The notes under the pieces: model-generated | Database searches by the model: none | Seen by the model: only the letters and a program-made list of their open reading frames with translations | Told to the model about the DNA's origin: nothing | Part shown: piece by piece, positions 20,740 to 31,140 of the stretch | Numbering within the stretch: the stretch's first letter is position 1 | Layout of the letters: each line of letters begins with the position of its first letter | Assembly (NCBI GenBank): GCA_965249485.1 | Contig: OZ252239.1 | Coordinates: forward strand, 2,432,001 to 2,496,000 | Direction: 5' to 3' | Length of the DNA stretch: 64,000 nt | Origin: a bacterium | GTDB taxonomy: Bacteria; SM23-31 | Translations under genes and position numbers: made by a program

Positions 20740-20773
20740 GTCGCCTCCTCATTGTTTGTGGTTTGTATAATTA

Positions 20774-21070
20774 TTACCTGTATCTATAATTAGGATTTAT
20801 CTCCCAGCTGATTTCGTCTTCGGATATGGATGGAAATTGCGCTTCCCAAGCAGAGAATAGTTCATTCAAAGCGTTTTCTGGAGTATCTCCATAAACATTA
20901 TCACAATTATAAAGACTTGGTTGTGATTCCGCATTGGGAAGATGAGATTTTTCCACATACCATTTATTTCCATAATTCACGGTAAATAATCTTATTTCCT
21001 CATCATCATTAGTTCGGAAATAAAAACGAATACCTGACTCTTTTATAACTTCATATGATTTAAATTTCAT
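20774..21070 (-). CDS. Hypothetical protein
   Basis: 98-aa ORF only. Confidence 0.5.
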   Translation of the reverse strand: MKFKSYEVIKESGIRFYFRTNDDEEIRLFTVNYGNKWYVEKSHLPNAESQPSLYNCDNVYGDTPENALNELFSAWEAQFPSISEDEISWEINPNYRYR

Positions 21071-21160
21071 TCCATCGTAACTACATCAAATAAAATACAT
21101 ATAATGACAATATGGTAACATTTTGAGTAATTTTACAGTTTATATATAAGGTTAACCTTT

Positions 21161-22169
21161 TTATGATTCATTAATATATTCTTTATAATCAATTTTTTCA
21201 ACAACACTGAAACCATGAGTCTTTTTAAACTCCATTCTGCAAACAAAATTCTTCATACAATCAGATGGATCGATGTTTTCAAAATTAAGCTTTTCAAGAT
21301 TTTCTTTACTGGATTAGTACACATATAATAGGAACATCTTCTTTATATCCTGTCTGAGTGTTGACTAAATTTCCATATGCCAAAACTAAAACTGTCTTAA
21401 GAGGTAAAATCGCAAAAGATTCTCGGGCAATTCTTAAGACTGAACTACAAATATGATCTTGATATATTTCATTAAATTTACTTTTGGGCATTGCTTTTAC
21501 TGAAAGCTTTCCGTTTTTTAATAATGATTTAACTTCACTAGGAATTATTGCATCGGAATTTACATTGATATCAACGACAATTATAGTTTTATAAGGAAAG
21601 GAAAAGCTTAGAGAAGTGCCTATTTCGCTAATCTCAGATAAGGGATCAAGCTGTTCAAATGCTTCTTTATATGCAACTAAATCTCCATCTAAAACTCTTT
21701 TTGCTAATGAGACGTTATCCTGCCATTCTTTTTTATCCTTCTCATATTTAGTGATTGCTTCACTATATTCAATTTCATCTTGTTTTTTTGCATTTTCAAT
21801 TTTCGATTCCAAAGAATACCTTATTTTATCTACTCTTTTGAATAATTTCTGGAGTATCGTAGGCTTATAGGATTCAAAGTTATTTCTTGCTTCAGTCTCA
21901 TATTTTTCAGTTTTTAAAGGCTCTAATGGAGCTTTCAAATTCTTTATTTTATCCCAATCGAAACTATCCGAACAATCTTGATGCATAGATTGTAATATCG
22001 CTAATCTATTTTCATATAACCCAACTTCTAATTTTGCACGTTCAAGTTCTTGTAATTTATCATAATCTTTTTGTTGTCTTACTAGTTCTTTTTGCCGTCT
22101 TTTTGCTTCTCGATCAGCACGCCTCGCTGCTGCTTCCATAGATCTTAGAACGCTATTTAAAGTTGTCAT
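21161..22169 (-). pseudogene. Hypothetical coiled-coil protein with a one-base frameshift near 21310
   Basis: ORF stops at VLIQ*; removing one base continues SKENLEKLNFENIDPSDCMKNFVCRMEFKKTHGFSVVEKIDYKEYINES* to 21161. Confidence 0.6.
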
Positions 22170-22402
22170 ATCAACTCCATTGGATTAAAAATCTTTATAA
22201 AACTATTGAGGATATTTCAGGATGAATAAGAACAACATGTGATATCTATATGATATTCAGTATAAATAACCAGTTGTGCTGATTAAGCGAGAGCATGTTT
22301 AATATGCATAGGTTTTATTTTTGTCAATTTTTGCAATTTTTTGTAAATATTGCATGTCTTGAAAACATTATCATACAATACTAACTTTTTGAGTACAGCT
22401 AT

Positions 22403-22813
22403 CTATAACATTCGATCTAAGAAAAATAAGAAAACTACTAAAAGCATTGAAAACGCAAAAAGACCTTTTAATATACCTTTTACAGGTATTCCTCCGTTAT
22501 ATACCTTTTCGCCATCTATCGAGACTGTGCATGGTAGCCATGTGGAAAATATTCCTCCTTCTTCATATTCAATTTGGTGATTGTTATTCAGTGAATCAAC
22601 AAATTCGCCTACAGCTCTTGACCATAAATTAAATCCACCAGTTTCAAGTGTTAAAATACCGTTAACATACAATTTTGTTTGTGTGGTTTGTGTGGCAAGA
22701 TAAAAAAATTTCGCGGAAGTTTTTGACTCTAGAATAATTATTGTGTCATTCCATTTAAATCCTGCTTGCTTTCCTTTTGAAATAAGCTTATCTAAATATA
22801 CATTAGAATCCAT
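22403..22813 (-). CDS. Hypothetical protein with C-terminal membrane anchor
   Basis: 136-aa ORF, hydrophobic tail. Confidence 0.5.
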   Translation of the reverse strand: MDSNVYLDKLISKGKQAGFKWNDTIIILESKTSAKFFYLATQTTQTKLYVNGILTLETGGFNLWSRAVGEFVDSLNNNHQIEYEEGGIFSTWLPCTVSIDGEKVYNGGIPVKGILKGLFAFSMLLVVFLFFLDRML

Positions 22814-23141
22814 TATTATAACCTTTTAGTATATCTATTATAAAATTTTAAAACATTATGGAGAAAGCTCACAATTTGTAAAGTTTCAAGAACAAGAGGG
22901 TCAATCAAACCTATTTAATTGTGTTTTTTCATATACCATTATTAATTCAATATAAGCTTCGAATTTATCACAATGAGTTTTTATTAATTCCTCGTGGTGG
23001 TCTCTCCTTTAACTCAATAACCCCAATTCTTATATAAGAATATTACCTAAATTAAAGTAAATTTATAATTAATAGCAATATAATTATTACTTCCTAAACT
23101 AAACCATTACAAAAACTTTATTCACTCAATATAGGGCAGGA

Positions 23142-23333
23142 TTGCCAAGATTAACCATGAAAGATTTGAGACATACATTCGCAAGCAATTTTATGATGAA
23201 AGGAAGAAATATATTAAGCCTTCAAAAGATATTAGGTCATGAAGATTTGCAAACCACTCTTATTTATGCACACCTTAGTCCTGGCTATTTAGAAGGAGAA
23301 ATTGACAGGTTAAACTTTTCACTGACAGGTTAG
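23142..23333 (+). pseudogene. Tyrosine recombinase C-terminal fragment
   Basis: DLRHTFAS..LQKILGH..TTLIYAH (box II, catalytic Tyr); N-terminal domains absent. Confidence 0.85.
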
Positions 23334-23394
23334 AAATTCAATTTGTATTTGAAAATCAAATATGCTATTCTAAAGATTCTAAGGAGGAGTAAAA

Positions 23395-23748
23395 ATGGAA
23401 ACAAAAATATTAGTTATAATAGGATTGATACTTGATCTATTAGGAACATTTTTATTGGCATTAAATATTTGGAGGCAAACTCAAGAGAAAGCTGAAAAGA
23501 AAAGTGCGGAATATTTTGAAACAAATCCCTTCAAAAGATTATTTGGTAAAAAGTTAGAACATTTTAAGGATGATTCTATACTTGATATTCCAATTAATTT
23601 TCTAATTGATTTCATGTTTATGTTCTTTCTAATGCCATTCTATTGGAGCTTTAGAATGAAAAAGAAATATGAGGTAGAATCTGCACTTGCACTAAGTGGA
23701 TTGTGCTTTATTTTTATCGGTTTTTCTTTCAGTTACTTCATAATTTGA
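23395..23748 (+). CDS. Small membrane protein
   Basis: AAGGAGG SD; three hydrophobic segments. Confidence 0.6.
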   Translation: METKILVIIGLILDLLGTFLLALNIWRQTQEKAEKKSAEYFETNPFKRLFGKKLEHFKDDSILDIPINFLIDFMFMFFLMPFYWSFRMKKKYEVESALALSGLCFIFIGFSFSYFII

Positions 23749-23818
23749 TCTTTTAAATAAGTATATCAAATGTTTCTACATAATCTTTTACTGCACCTTT
23801 TATTGAATTGGATAGCAT

Positions 23819-24772
23819 CTATGATTTAATATTTTTCACAAGTACAAAAATAGAAGATACTGCAGTATTTGATTCGGCAAAGTCTAATTTATATTTCTCA
23901 TTAACTTCCTTAGCTAAGTGCACGTAATTTCGAAATTGCCTAACAGAATCGCCTAAATTGGAGATTCCATCTCTTAATAATTTATGTTCTTTGCAACATT
24001 CTATAAATCCATTGAAGTCATTTCTCTTGGGAGTAAGGTTTCTTGAAATTAAATATTGTCTTAATAATTCTTCAATAACACTTCCAGCTAAAACTACTGC
24101 AGGTTTCGCTAAACCATTTTTGGATAATGTGAATGCGTGGGCAACATCTCGGTAAATTAATTCTCTAATTTTACTATCTTTTATAAAGCCAATTCTTTTC
24201 GCAAATATCGGTTTTTTAATACCATATTCTTTATAAATATCTTTCCAGATTTCATTGATATCTTGAATCTTATAATTTGATTCCTTATAATTATCACTTT
24301 TTACTTGATCATGGATTTTATTATTATGTTTTTCAATCATCAATTTTACTTTTGTTTTGCTGAGATCCATAATTCTTTTGACTTTTGATTCAAAGCCATT
24401 CAGAATTGATTCCGATACAACTCCTTCGAACCCTGAACTAATCAACCTACTCTTTAGCGAAGTTGATTTTCTGTACAAATCAGTGCTAATAAAACTGAAA
24501 ATTTCAGCGTTAATATTATCTGCCATTCGGTTATCAATTTCTTTATTACCGATCGACTCGAATATTGATTCGATATATGCTTCTGCGAGTTCTCTAATTT
24601 GATCTTTTAATTTTTCTGCGACTGCTTCGAATGCTGGACCTGAGTTGAGCATTCCTCTATCATTAGCATCTGCATAAATTCTTTCAATTTCTTTCTGATG
24701 CCTTTCTAAAAGGTCGAAGCTTTTTAATTTGTAGAGTTCTCTAATATTATTTTTGTCTAAGTTGTATCTCAT
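23819..24772 (-). CDS. Protein with C-terminal HEPN/DUF4145-like domain
   Basis: AVVLAGSVIEELLR...VRQFRNYVH (R-N-x-x-H). Confidence 0.55.
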   Translation of the reverse strand: MRYNLDKNNIRELYKLKSFDLLERHQKEIERIYADANDRGMLNSGPAFEAVAEKLKDQIRELAEAYIESIFESIGNKEIDNRMADNINAEIFSFISTDLYRKSTSLKSRLISSGFEGVVSESILNGFESKVKRIMDLSKTKVKLMIEKHNNKIHDQVKSDNYKESNYKIQDINEIWKDIYKEYGIKKPIFAKRIGFIKDSKIRELIYRDVAHAFTLSKNGLAKPAVVLAGSVIEELLRQYLISRNLTPKRNDFNGFIECCKEHKLLRDGISNLGDSVRQFRNYVHLAKEVNEKYKLDFAESNTAVSSIFVLVKNIKS

Positions 24773-24886
24773 GTTTTACTATTCGATTTGTTGGATTTAG
24801 GTAATTTTTTTTCGCCCATTTTTCTTTCTAAAATTAGTAGTATGGTTTTTATTTGTGGGTTAGTAATTTTATTGTTTATTAGTTTT

Positions 24887-24931
24887 GGTTATTTAGAAGG
24901 AGAAATTGACAGATTAGATTTTTCAAGATGA
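24887..24931 (+). pseudogene. Second copy of the integrase 3' tail
   Basis: GYLEGEIDRLDFSR* versus GYLEGEIDRLNFSLTG* at 23283-23333; 23 bp identical. Confidence 0.8.
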
Positions 24932-24990
24932 GAGTAGTGAGTACTCACAACTCTTTATATGATGATATTATTGTTATAGAAACCCCATAT

Positions 24991-25878
24991 TTACTTTAAC
25001 TCAATATTTATCAACCCTTTTTCTATGGCTAAATTAAAAAGATAATTATTCTTTTCAGCATCTGTATTCAGATTATTCCAGTGATTATACTCCTTCTCGG
25101 ATAAACTTACTTCTTTTTTTATTTTCTCTCCTGTTTCTTTATTATTTAATTCCATTTCCAAAGTGTATTTTTCGGGTTTTCGTATTGTGAAAGCCACTTT
25201 ACTATTCGTAAGATCAATGGGCTCTAACTCATCAGTATCATAGTTATATTCAACTAACCTAAAATTCTTATTAAATCTTATACCCTGAATCATTTCTAAG
25301 TCTAATTGATTTGAATCTGTTCTCGGGGGTGGGAATTCCTTTTCTTCAGTGCTAAACTGATTCGATTTGGTCAATATTCCGAGTGTGTGTAACTCTTTGA
25401 ACCAATAATTTGTTACATTAGTGAGAATTTCCAACACATCTCTAACTGAACCATCATTTAATTTGACATGCACATGCTTTTTACAAGTGAAATATTCTCC
25501 ATCAGCATCTTTGCACTTTATTATATCAGTTTGTTCATATATACTATCAACTGATAATATTTGCGGATTACCTCTTGTAATATTTTTGTGTTTACTTACG
25601 TTCGCAATATCACCAGCTAAATCATAGTCGGGACACTTTGATGCTACTTCATCTCTTGTTTTGGTGTAGTTTGTGGGTAAGTGTTCTCTAAAGTGATATA
25701 AAGTTTGTGCGGAGTTTATAGCCGCCAATTTATCTTTATCCATTCCTGCAACATTTTCATCAAATCTTTGAAGAAAGGTTTGGAATTGAGCTATGACATG
25801 TTCATTAAAATAGGCTATAAGCTCGTCATGCATTTTTTGGTTCCTAACATAAATATTGAGTCTAATGATATGTAACAA
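24991..25878 (-). CDS. Hypothetical protein, possibly HEPN-like
   Basis: Helical N-terminus with LYHFREH and DIANVSKH motifs. Confidence 0.45.
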   Translation of the reverse strand: MLHIIRLNIYVRNQKMHDELIAYFNEHVIAQFQTFLQRFDENVAGMDKDKLAAINSAQTLYHFREHLPTNYTKTRDEVASKCPDYDLAGDIANVSKHKNITRGNPQILSVDSIYEQTDIIKCKDADGEYFTCKKHVHVKLNDGSVRDVLEILTNVTNYWFKELHTLGILTKSNQFSTEEKEFPPPRTDSNQLDLEMIQGIRFNKNFRLVEYNYDTDELEPIDLTNSKVAFTIRKPEKYTLEMELNNKETGEKIKKEVSLSEKEYNHWNNLNTDAEKNNYLFNLAIEKGLINIELK

Positions 25879-26255
25879 GATATTAATTAAGAAGCAATTC
25901 CTTTTAATAACAAAGGTATTTATTTCAGCGATAATAACTTTTTGTTACTTTATTTTTTTACTTTAATTCAAATGGACTCCTTTATATTGATGCTAATATC
26001 TAATTAAAATGTGATCTTAATAGTGAAGCAAATGCACTTAAATATCCTATTAATTTTAAACCTAATCAGATTAACGAATGAATACTTGGTAAAGCAGATT
26101 GTTTAGTTGATCAATATCGCTCTATTATCGATATTTATCAGAAATAATCAAAAGGGCTGGTGTTTTCAACAACAGAAGTTAAGTCTTAAATTTTCTGTAT
26201 TATTGCTGGATTCAGACCTCAATGAATAGTAAATGATTCAACAGGAATTTTTATT

Positions 26256-27209
26256 ATGGATATTATATATCATTATCCACCTGAACTTATGAAATTATTG
26301 ATTGATACTATTCCTCTCTTAAATCCAAGTAAAAATGATGTTTTTCTTTTTTTTAAAGGTGCAGGCTTATCTGATAGATTAATAACTGTTCCATACAAAA
26401 AATGGCAAGCTGATAAAGATAGTATAAGTAAATACGAAATAGTCCGCAATATTCTTGAATTACTAAATAGAAAAGGAGAGGGATGCCTTAGAGAAAGACG
26501 AGAAATTTTAAAACGAGTTGTTGAATATGATAATTTTTCGGGATGTTGGCCAGCTGATAGATTAAAAGCAAAAGGACTTGTTTCAGAGGTTCAAAAATTA
26601 ATAAATGTAAAAGATAGTTTTACACGGATGAAACAAGAGCGAGAAAGAGAAAGACTTAAACATATTGAAAAAGAAAAAGCTGAACAAGAGCATTTTAGAA
26701 AGCGACAAAGTAATATAGAAAGTGCGAAGAAAGAATTATATAATCTTTTTTCAATTACTGTTCCTCATAAACGAGGAAGACTGTTAGAAAAAGTACTTAA
26801 TAACTTATTTAACACATTTGAGATATCTATAAAAGAATCATTCACTCTAAAAGGGGAAGAAGAGGAAGGGGTTGTTGAACAAATTGACGGAGCAATAGAG
26901 TTTGGGGGACATATCTACTTTATTGAAGTTAAATGGTGGAATAAACCTTTAGGGGTTAGTGAAATTTCACAACATCTTGTTCGAATATTCAATCGTGCTG
27001 AAGCAAGGGCAATCATCATATCAGCTTCTGATTTTACTGTGCCTGCAGTAAAAACATGTAAAGATGCTCTCCAACAAAAAGTTGTAATTCTATGTACACT
27101 CCAAGAAATTGTTACATTACTTGAAAAGAAAAGGGAATTGGAAGAATTTCTATTGGAGAAAGTTCAAAGAGCGATCATTGATAAAAATCCATTTATTCAG
27201 ATTATTTAA
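26256..27209 (+). CDS. Mrr-like PD-(D/E)xK restriction endonuclease
   Basis: RGRLLE..F, EQIDGAI..FIEVKWW and IIISASDFT motifs. Confidence 0.75.
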   Translation: MDIIYHYPPELMKLLIDTIPLLNPSKNDVFLFFKGAGLSDRLITVPYKKWQADKDSISKYEIVRNILELLNRKGEGCLRERREILKRVVEYDNFSGCWPADRLKAKGLVSEVQKLINVKDSFTRMKQERERERLKHIEKEKAEQEHFRKRQSNIESAKKELYNLFSITVPHKRGRLLEKVLNNLFNTFEISIKESFTLKGEEEEGVVEQIDGAIEFGGHIYFIEVKWWNKPLGVSEISQHLVRIFNRAEARAIIISASDFTVPAVKTCKDALQQKVVILCTLQEIVTLLEKKRELEEFLLEKVQRAIIDKNPFIQII

Positions 27210-27220
27210 ATAGGTGCACA

Positions 27221-27394
27221 ATGGCTGATAAATTATTTTCAAAAAGATAAAGATATGGATTTCGAGTTTCTGGAGGCGACATTCTAATCAGATTTGATGC
27301 ACCAGAGAACTTCAGAAATGCGGTAACTCAGATCGCTAAACAACTTGGATTTAAATATTCAGAACTTAGAGAATTAATCTGTTCAGGTAAATAA
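27221..27394 (+). pseudogene. Truncated AbiJ-NTD4-like gene (not in ORF track)
   Basis: MADKLFSKR*RYGF..ILIRFDAPENFRNAVTQIA..SELRELIC; stop created by tandem AAAGAT duplication; family call from recalled pattern. Confidence 0.45.
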
Positions 27395-27520
27395 TATTTA
27401 AGAAAATATCTCTCTAATTACATAATAAATATGTTAAATATTCTTACTTTATTCCACTACTTTCTATATTTTTCGGAACATATTCGGCACATCCAACAAA
27501 AAATCACTTATTATTAAAAT

Positions 27521-27546
27521 AAAAAAGCCCTTTAAATAAAAGGGCT
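27521..27546 (-). terminator. Terminator downstream of the duplicated tRNA 3' end
   Basis: AAAAAAGCCCTTT-AAATA-AAAGGGCT. Confidence 0.65.
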
Positions 27547-27552
27547 AAATAG

Positions 27553-27623
27553 TTGTTATTAATATATGTGCCGAAGGGGGGACTCGAACCCCCACACCCT
27601 TGCGAGTACACGGCCCTGAACCG
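27553..27623. repeat. att direct repeat: tRNA-Leu 3' part plus 16 bp of flank
   Basis: 71 bp identical to 48171-48241. Confidence 0.95.
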
Positions 27624-27799
27624 GAAATACTATTCATCTATAACTTCAATAAAAACAAGATATCTTATTTGTACACAATTTAATACAACTTTTCACTAAT
27701 GTCCACAAATTGTCACTATATACCACTGTTTTCCATCAAAATCGGAACACTTTCGGAACACTTTCTATGAAAGAGATTAATACATGCCTAAATTTATCC

Positions 27800-27895
27800 G
27801 GGTAGGACTCGAACCTATTCTCTCAATTCTGTAAATTATAATAAAAACAAAGATTTACTATTTCAATAATTCTAATTTGTGCCTAATTTGTGCCT
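27800..27895. repeat. Second att-like site (tRNA T-arm core plus AATTTGTGCCT x2)
   Basis: GGGTAGGACTCGAACCTAT...AATTTGTGCCTAATTTGTGCCT; homologous to 46786-46882. Confidence 0.75.
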
Positions 27896-28265
27896 AAAAT
27901 TTTTAAGAAACTCAGGATACAAGAGATTATTGGAGGCTATTAGAGGATAAATAAAGAAAGTACAAGGTAAAATTGCACAGTCTCACCAGTCAATGTAAAA
28001 TACAAAATATTCTCAAAATATTTGGCTTAATAATAGCACATATTGTTTATCTGTAGGCATCTGACTGCAAATCGACAGAACATATCGGACTCAATAATTC
28101 TAATATTGATAATTATAGGATATTTCTTGTGAAAATGATAATAAGGACTATTTAATCCGTATTTTAGTGTTCTAATATGAATAAAACCTTGACAAAGAGA
28201 AAATGCTATTGTAATTCATAGACTATTATAACAAACAGAACAAGTATAACAATAAAGAGTAATAT

Positions 28266-28823
28266 ATGCAGCGGAACGTATTTTCAACATACCAGGCAGC
28301 GGAAATTTGTAATACAAGCTTCATGTCTGTCAATAGATGGATCAACACAGGAAAACTGAAATCCTATAGAACGCCAGGAGGTCATCATAGAATAGTTAAA
28401 GATGATCTTATTGATTTCATGAAAGAAAACAGTATCCCCATCCTTGACGAGATTATTCAGAAACGATACAAAGTGATTATCGTTGATGATGATCCGAATG
28501 CGTGTGACCTCCTGGCGCAAGGGCTGCGCTTTTCGCAGTATAACATTGACGTGACGACAGCTCATAATGGTTTCGAAGCGGGAGCACTTATATCGCAGAT
28601 TGTTTCAGATGTCGTACTGCTTGACCTGATGATGCCCGGGATAGACGGTTTCAAGGTATGTAATTATATCAAGACCAATCCACAAATCAAAAACTGTAAA
28701 GTGGTGATAATTACCGGTCATGGAAATGATGATAATGTTGAAAAAGCTATGGCAGTTGGTGCTGACAGAGCTCTTTTAAAGCCGGTTAACATTGAAAAAA
28801 TATTGGAGGAAATAGTAGTGTGA
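28266..28823 (+). CDS. Excisionase-type HTH fused to a response regulator receiver domain
   Basis: STYQAAEIC..RWINTGKL..RTPGGHHRI; IVDDD, LLDLMMPGIDG and LLKP motifs. Confidence 0.85.
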   Translation: MQRNVFSTYQAAEICNTSFMSVNRWINTGKLKSYRTPGGHHRIVKDDLIDFMKENSIPILDEIIQKRYKVIIVDDDPNACDLLAQGLRFSQYNIDVTTAHNGFEAGALISQIVSDVVLLDLMMPGIDGFKVCNYIKTNPQIKNCKVVIITGHGNDDNVEKAMAVGADRALLKPVNIEKILEEIVV

Positions 28824-29131
28824 TTTTTGTATGAAAATGTGATTTAAGATTGAAATATATGAATATGTCCCTGCACAAACCTCAGAATTATATAAAGTTA
28901 TGAATAGTTCATTCTTTTAATTCATCTATTCTAATTTGAACTAAAAATATATCAGGTATTCTAGAGTTAGAAGTTCAAAATAGTCCTTTTAAACTACCTA
29001 CTATGTTTATTATATCACATACTGTAATATTCTATCTATGAATCGCTCCAATAGATCTCGTATTCTATTAATCTAAGTAACAAAAATCCTGATATTTTTT
29101 AGCTAATTATTAAAGTTTTTGAACAAATTGC

Positions 29132-29189
29132 TTGACAATGAAGTAAAATGCTATTATAAGTAGAGTACTTTATAAATTAGAGTACTTTA
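29132..29189 (+). promoter_or_regulatory. Promoter with repeated operator
   Basis: TTGACA-17-TATAAG followed by TAGAGTACTTTA twice (29161, 29178). Confidence 0.65.
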
Positions 29190-29200
29190 GAGGAGGGAAT

Positions 29201-29776
29201 ATGGATTTAAAGCAAAAGTTCAGCGAAGACATTTCATTTGTAAAAGAATTGGTTGAAAGACGTAAAAACATTCAATACAGTTCTATTGCATTAACCTATC
29301 TCTGGGCAGTAATTATAGGCTTTGGATATTCATTAAATGATTTTACTGAAGAATTTGCAATATGGTATTGGAATATAATGCCTCTTACAGGTTTTTTAAT
29401 TAGTATTTGGATTGGTATTCATACAGATAAGTTATTTGGAATGCTAGATCGTTCGACCGTATTTAAACATATAATGCACTGGGGAAGTATGTTTGCCTTG
29501 ATAATTAGTATATTATCATTTTTCGGTATTGAGGAATCTACAAGAAACGAACGTTTACAAACTATAACATTAGTATGTGGTACAATGTGCTTTTTAGCAG
29601 GAATTCATATGGATAGACGTTATATATGGCCTGGTGTTGTACTTGCATTTGGTGCAATTGTTTCAACTTATTTAGGGCCATATCCCTGGACTGTAGTCGG
29701 GATAATATTTGCAATTAGCCTTTTTTTGAGTGCTCATAAAATGAAACAGAAATATGATGAGAATGAAACAGCATAA
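29201..29776 (+). CDS. Multi-pass membrane protein
   Basis: About six hydrophobic segments, GAGGAGG SD. Confidence 0.75.
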   Translation: MDLKQKFSEDISFVKELVERRKNIQYSSIALTYLWAVIIGFGYSLNDFTEEFAIWYWNIMPLTGFLISIWIGIHTDKLFGMLDRSTVFKHIMHWGSMFALIISILSFFGIEESTRNERLQTITLVCGTMCFLAGIHMDRRYIWPGVVLAFGAIVSTYLGPYPWTVVGIIFAISLFLSAHKMKQKYDENETA

Positions 29777-30086
29777 TATTAAGGCTACTGAAGAGTTAAG
29801 TAAATTAAACAAACTACTTGAACATCGAAGTCGACTTGGAGTATGTGTTCTTTTAGCTGAAATAGATGCGATGTCATTTACTGCGATCAAAAATTTATTA
29901 AAAGAAACTGATGGTAACATGGGAGCTCAACTCCGCAAACTCGAAATAGTTAAATACATTAGCGTTTCAAAACGGTTTGAAAACCGTAAACCAAAATCAT
30001 GGTATAGTATAACAAAAAAAGGAAAACGCGCATTGAAAGTCCATTTAAATGCCTTAAAAATGATAGTTGAGATGACTATTGAGTAA
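29754..30086 (+). CDS. Winged-helix transcriptional regulator (HTH_34-like)
   Basis: RLG...L..F..K..L..TDGN...LRKLE..YI..K.F..RKP..Y.IT.KG pattern. Confidence 0.85.
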   Translation: MMRMKQHNIKATEELSKLNKLLEHRSRLGVCVLLAEIDAMSFTAIKNLLKETDGNMGAQLRKLEIVKYISVSKRFENRKPKSWYSITKKGKRALKVHLNALKMIVEMTIE

Positions 30087-30201
30087 AAGGTAGCATGAAT
30101 TATACAAAGCTATTAAAAATAAGTGTAAAATTCTAATTTGAGGATTTAACTATGTCTGCAAATATTTGTAAATACAAATTTCAGTCTGTTGGGGATAAAA
30201 G

Positions 30202-30903
30202 ATGATTTTGTTAATAAATGAAAATAACAAAGAGAATTTTGCCCTGCAAAAAGCTTTACTCTCTCATTTTCCTACTCTCACTACTTCAATTGAATGCTTT
30301 GAAATTGACTATGTGACAAGTGCTAATCCACAAGCAATAGTCCTTGTTTATCAAATCCTTAACAAAAGTGTTAAGAATATTTTACAAGCAATTTCATCAA
30401 AATATTCTGAAATTCCAATCTTTTGTCCTGTCTCCAATTCCTACCTTTTCCCCCGAGGATATCCAAATATTGTATTTGTTCCACAACATAATAATAAGAT
30501 TTTAATTAAAAGAATTAAAGAATTCGTTTTAAATGAGCCTAATTGGAATCAGCTTATAGAAGAGATACAGATTTATATTAATAGCAATCTTAAAGACATC
30601 TTTTGTACTAAACAAGTGATTGATCGATTTAATGTTAATCAGAGAATACTACAGGCTGAGTTCAAACTTAAAACAGGGTACAGTATTAAATCATATATAA
30701 TGAAAGTGCGAGTTGAATTGATTAGAAATAAGTTATGCAAGGCACATACTTTAGGAAATTATTATGGTGTAGCACGAGATTGTGGTTTAACTGATGATCG
30801 ATCCCTATACATTCTTTTAAAAAGAAAGTTTAACAAAACAACCGTGGAATTCCATAAAGAATTGTTAAATTTTGAATTTAGTAATGAAAGATCAATCGAT
30901 TAG
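30202..30903 (+). CDS. AraC-like regulator with degenerate receiver-like N-terminus
   Basis: FKLKTGYSIKSYI..R...VARDCG..F C-terminal double HTH pattern. Confidence 0.6.
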   Translation: MILLINENNKENFALQKALLSHFPTLTTSIECFEIDYVTSANPQAIVLVYQILNKSVKNILQAISSKYSEIPIFCPVSNSYLFPRGYPNIVFVPQHNNKILIKRIKEFVLNEPNWNQLIEEIQIYINSNLKDIFCTKQVIDRFNVNQRILQAEFKLKTGYSIKSYIMKVRVELIRNKLCKAHTLGNYYGVARDCGLTDDRSLYILLKRKFNKTTVEFHKELLNFEFSNERSID

Positions 30904-31140
30904 CCGTAATATGATAATGTGTTTTTTGTAGACGAAATAGTTGACCGATCTTTCGACTTAATCTTAGACATATAAGAAGATGTGAATTTCTTGATTATAA
31001 ATTTGTGATACGTATCTTTTAAAAAAGTCACTCGTTTAATCGAATTTTTTTTAAAAAATCATTTGTAAAAAGAGTATAAAATTGAAAAATAAATTAACGG
31101 AATATTGCCAATAAAATTTACAAATATTTTCTAGGTAAAC

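Noticed and set aside
23142..23333. Functional integrase for the island
   Set aside because: Only the last 63 residues remain and it lies outside the att repeats
27569..27623. Second tRNA-Leu gene
   Set aside because: Lacks the 5' acceptor strand and D-arm; it is the att duplicate
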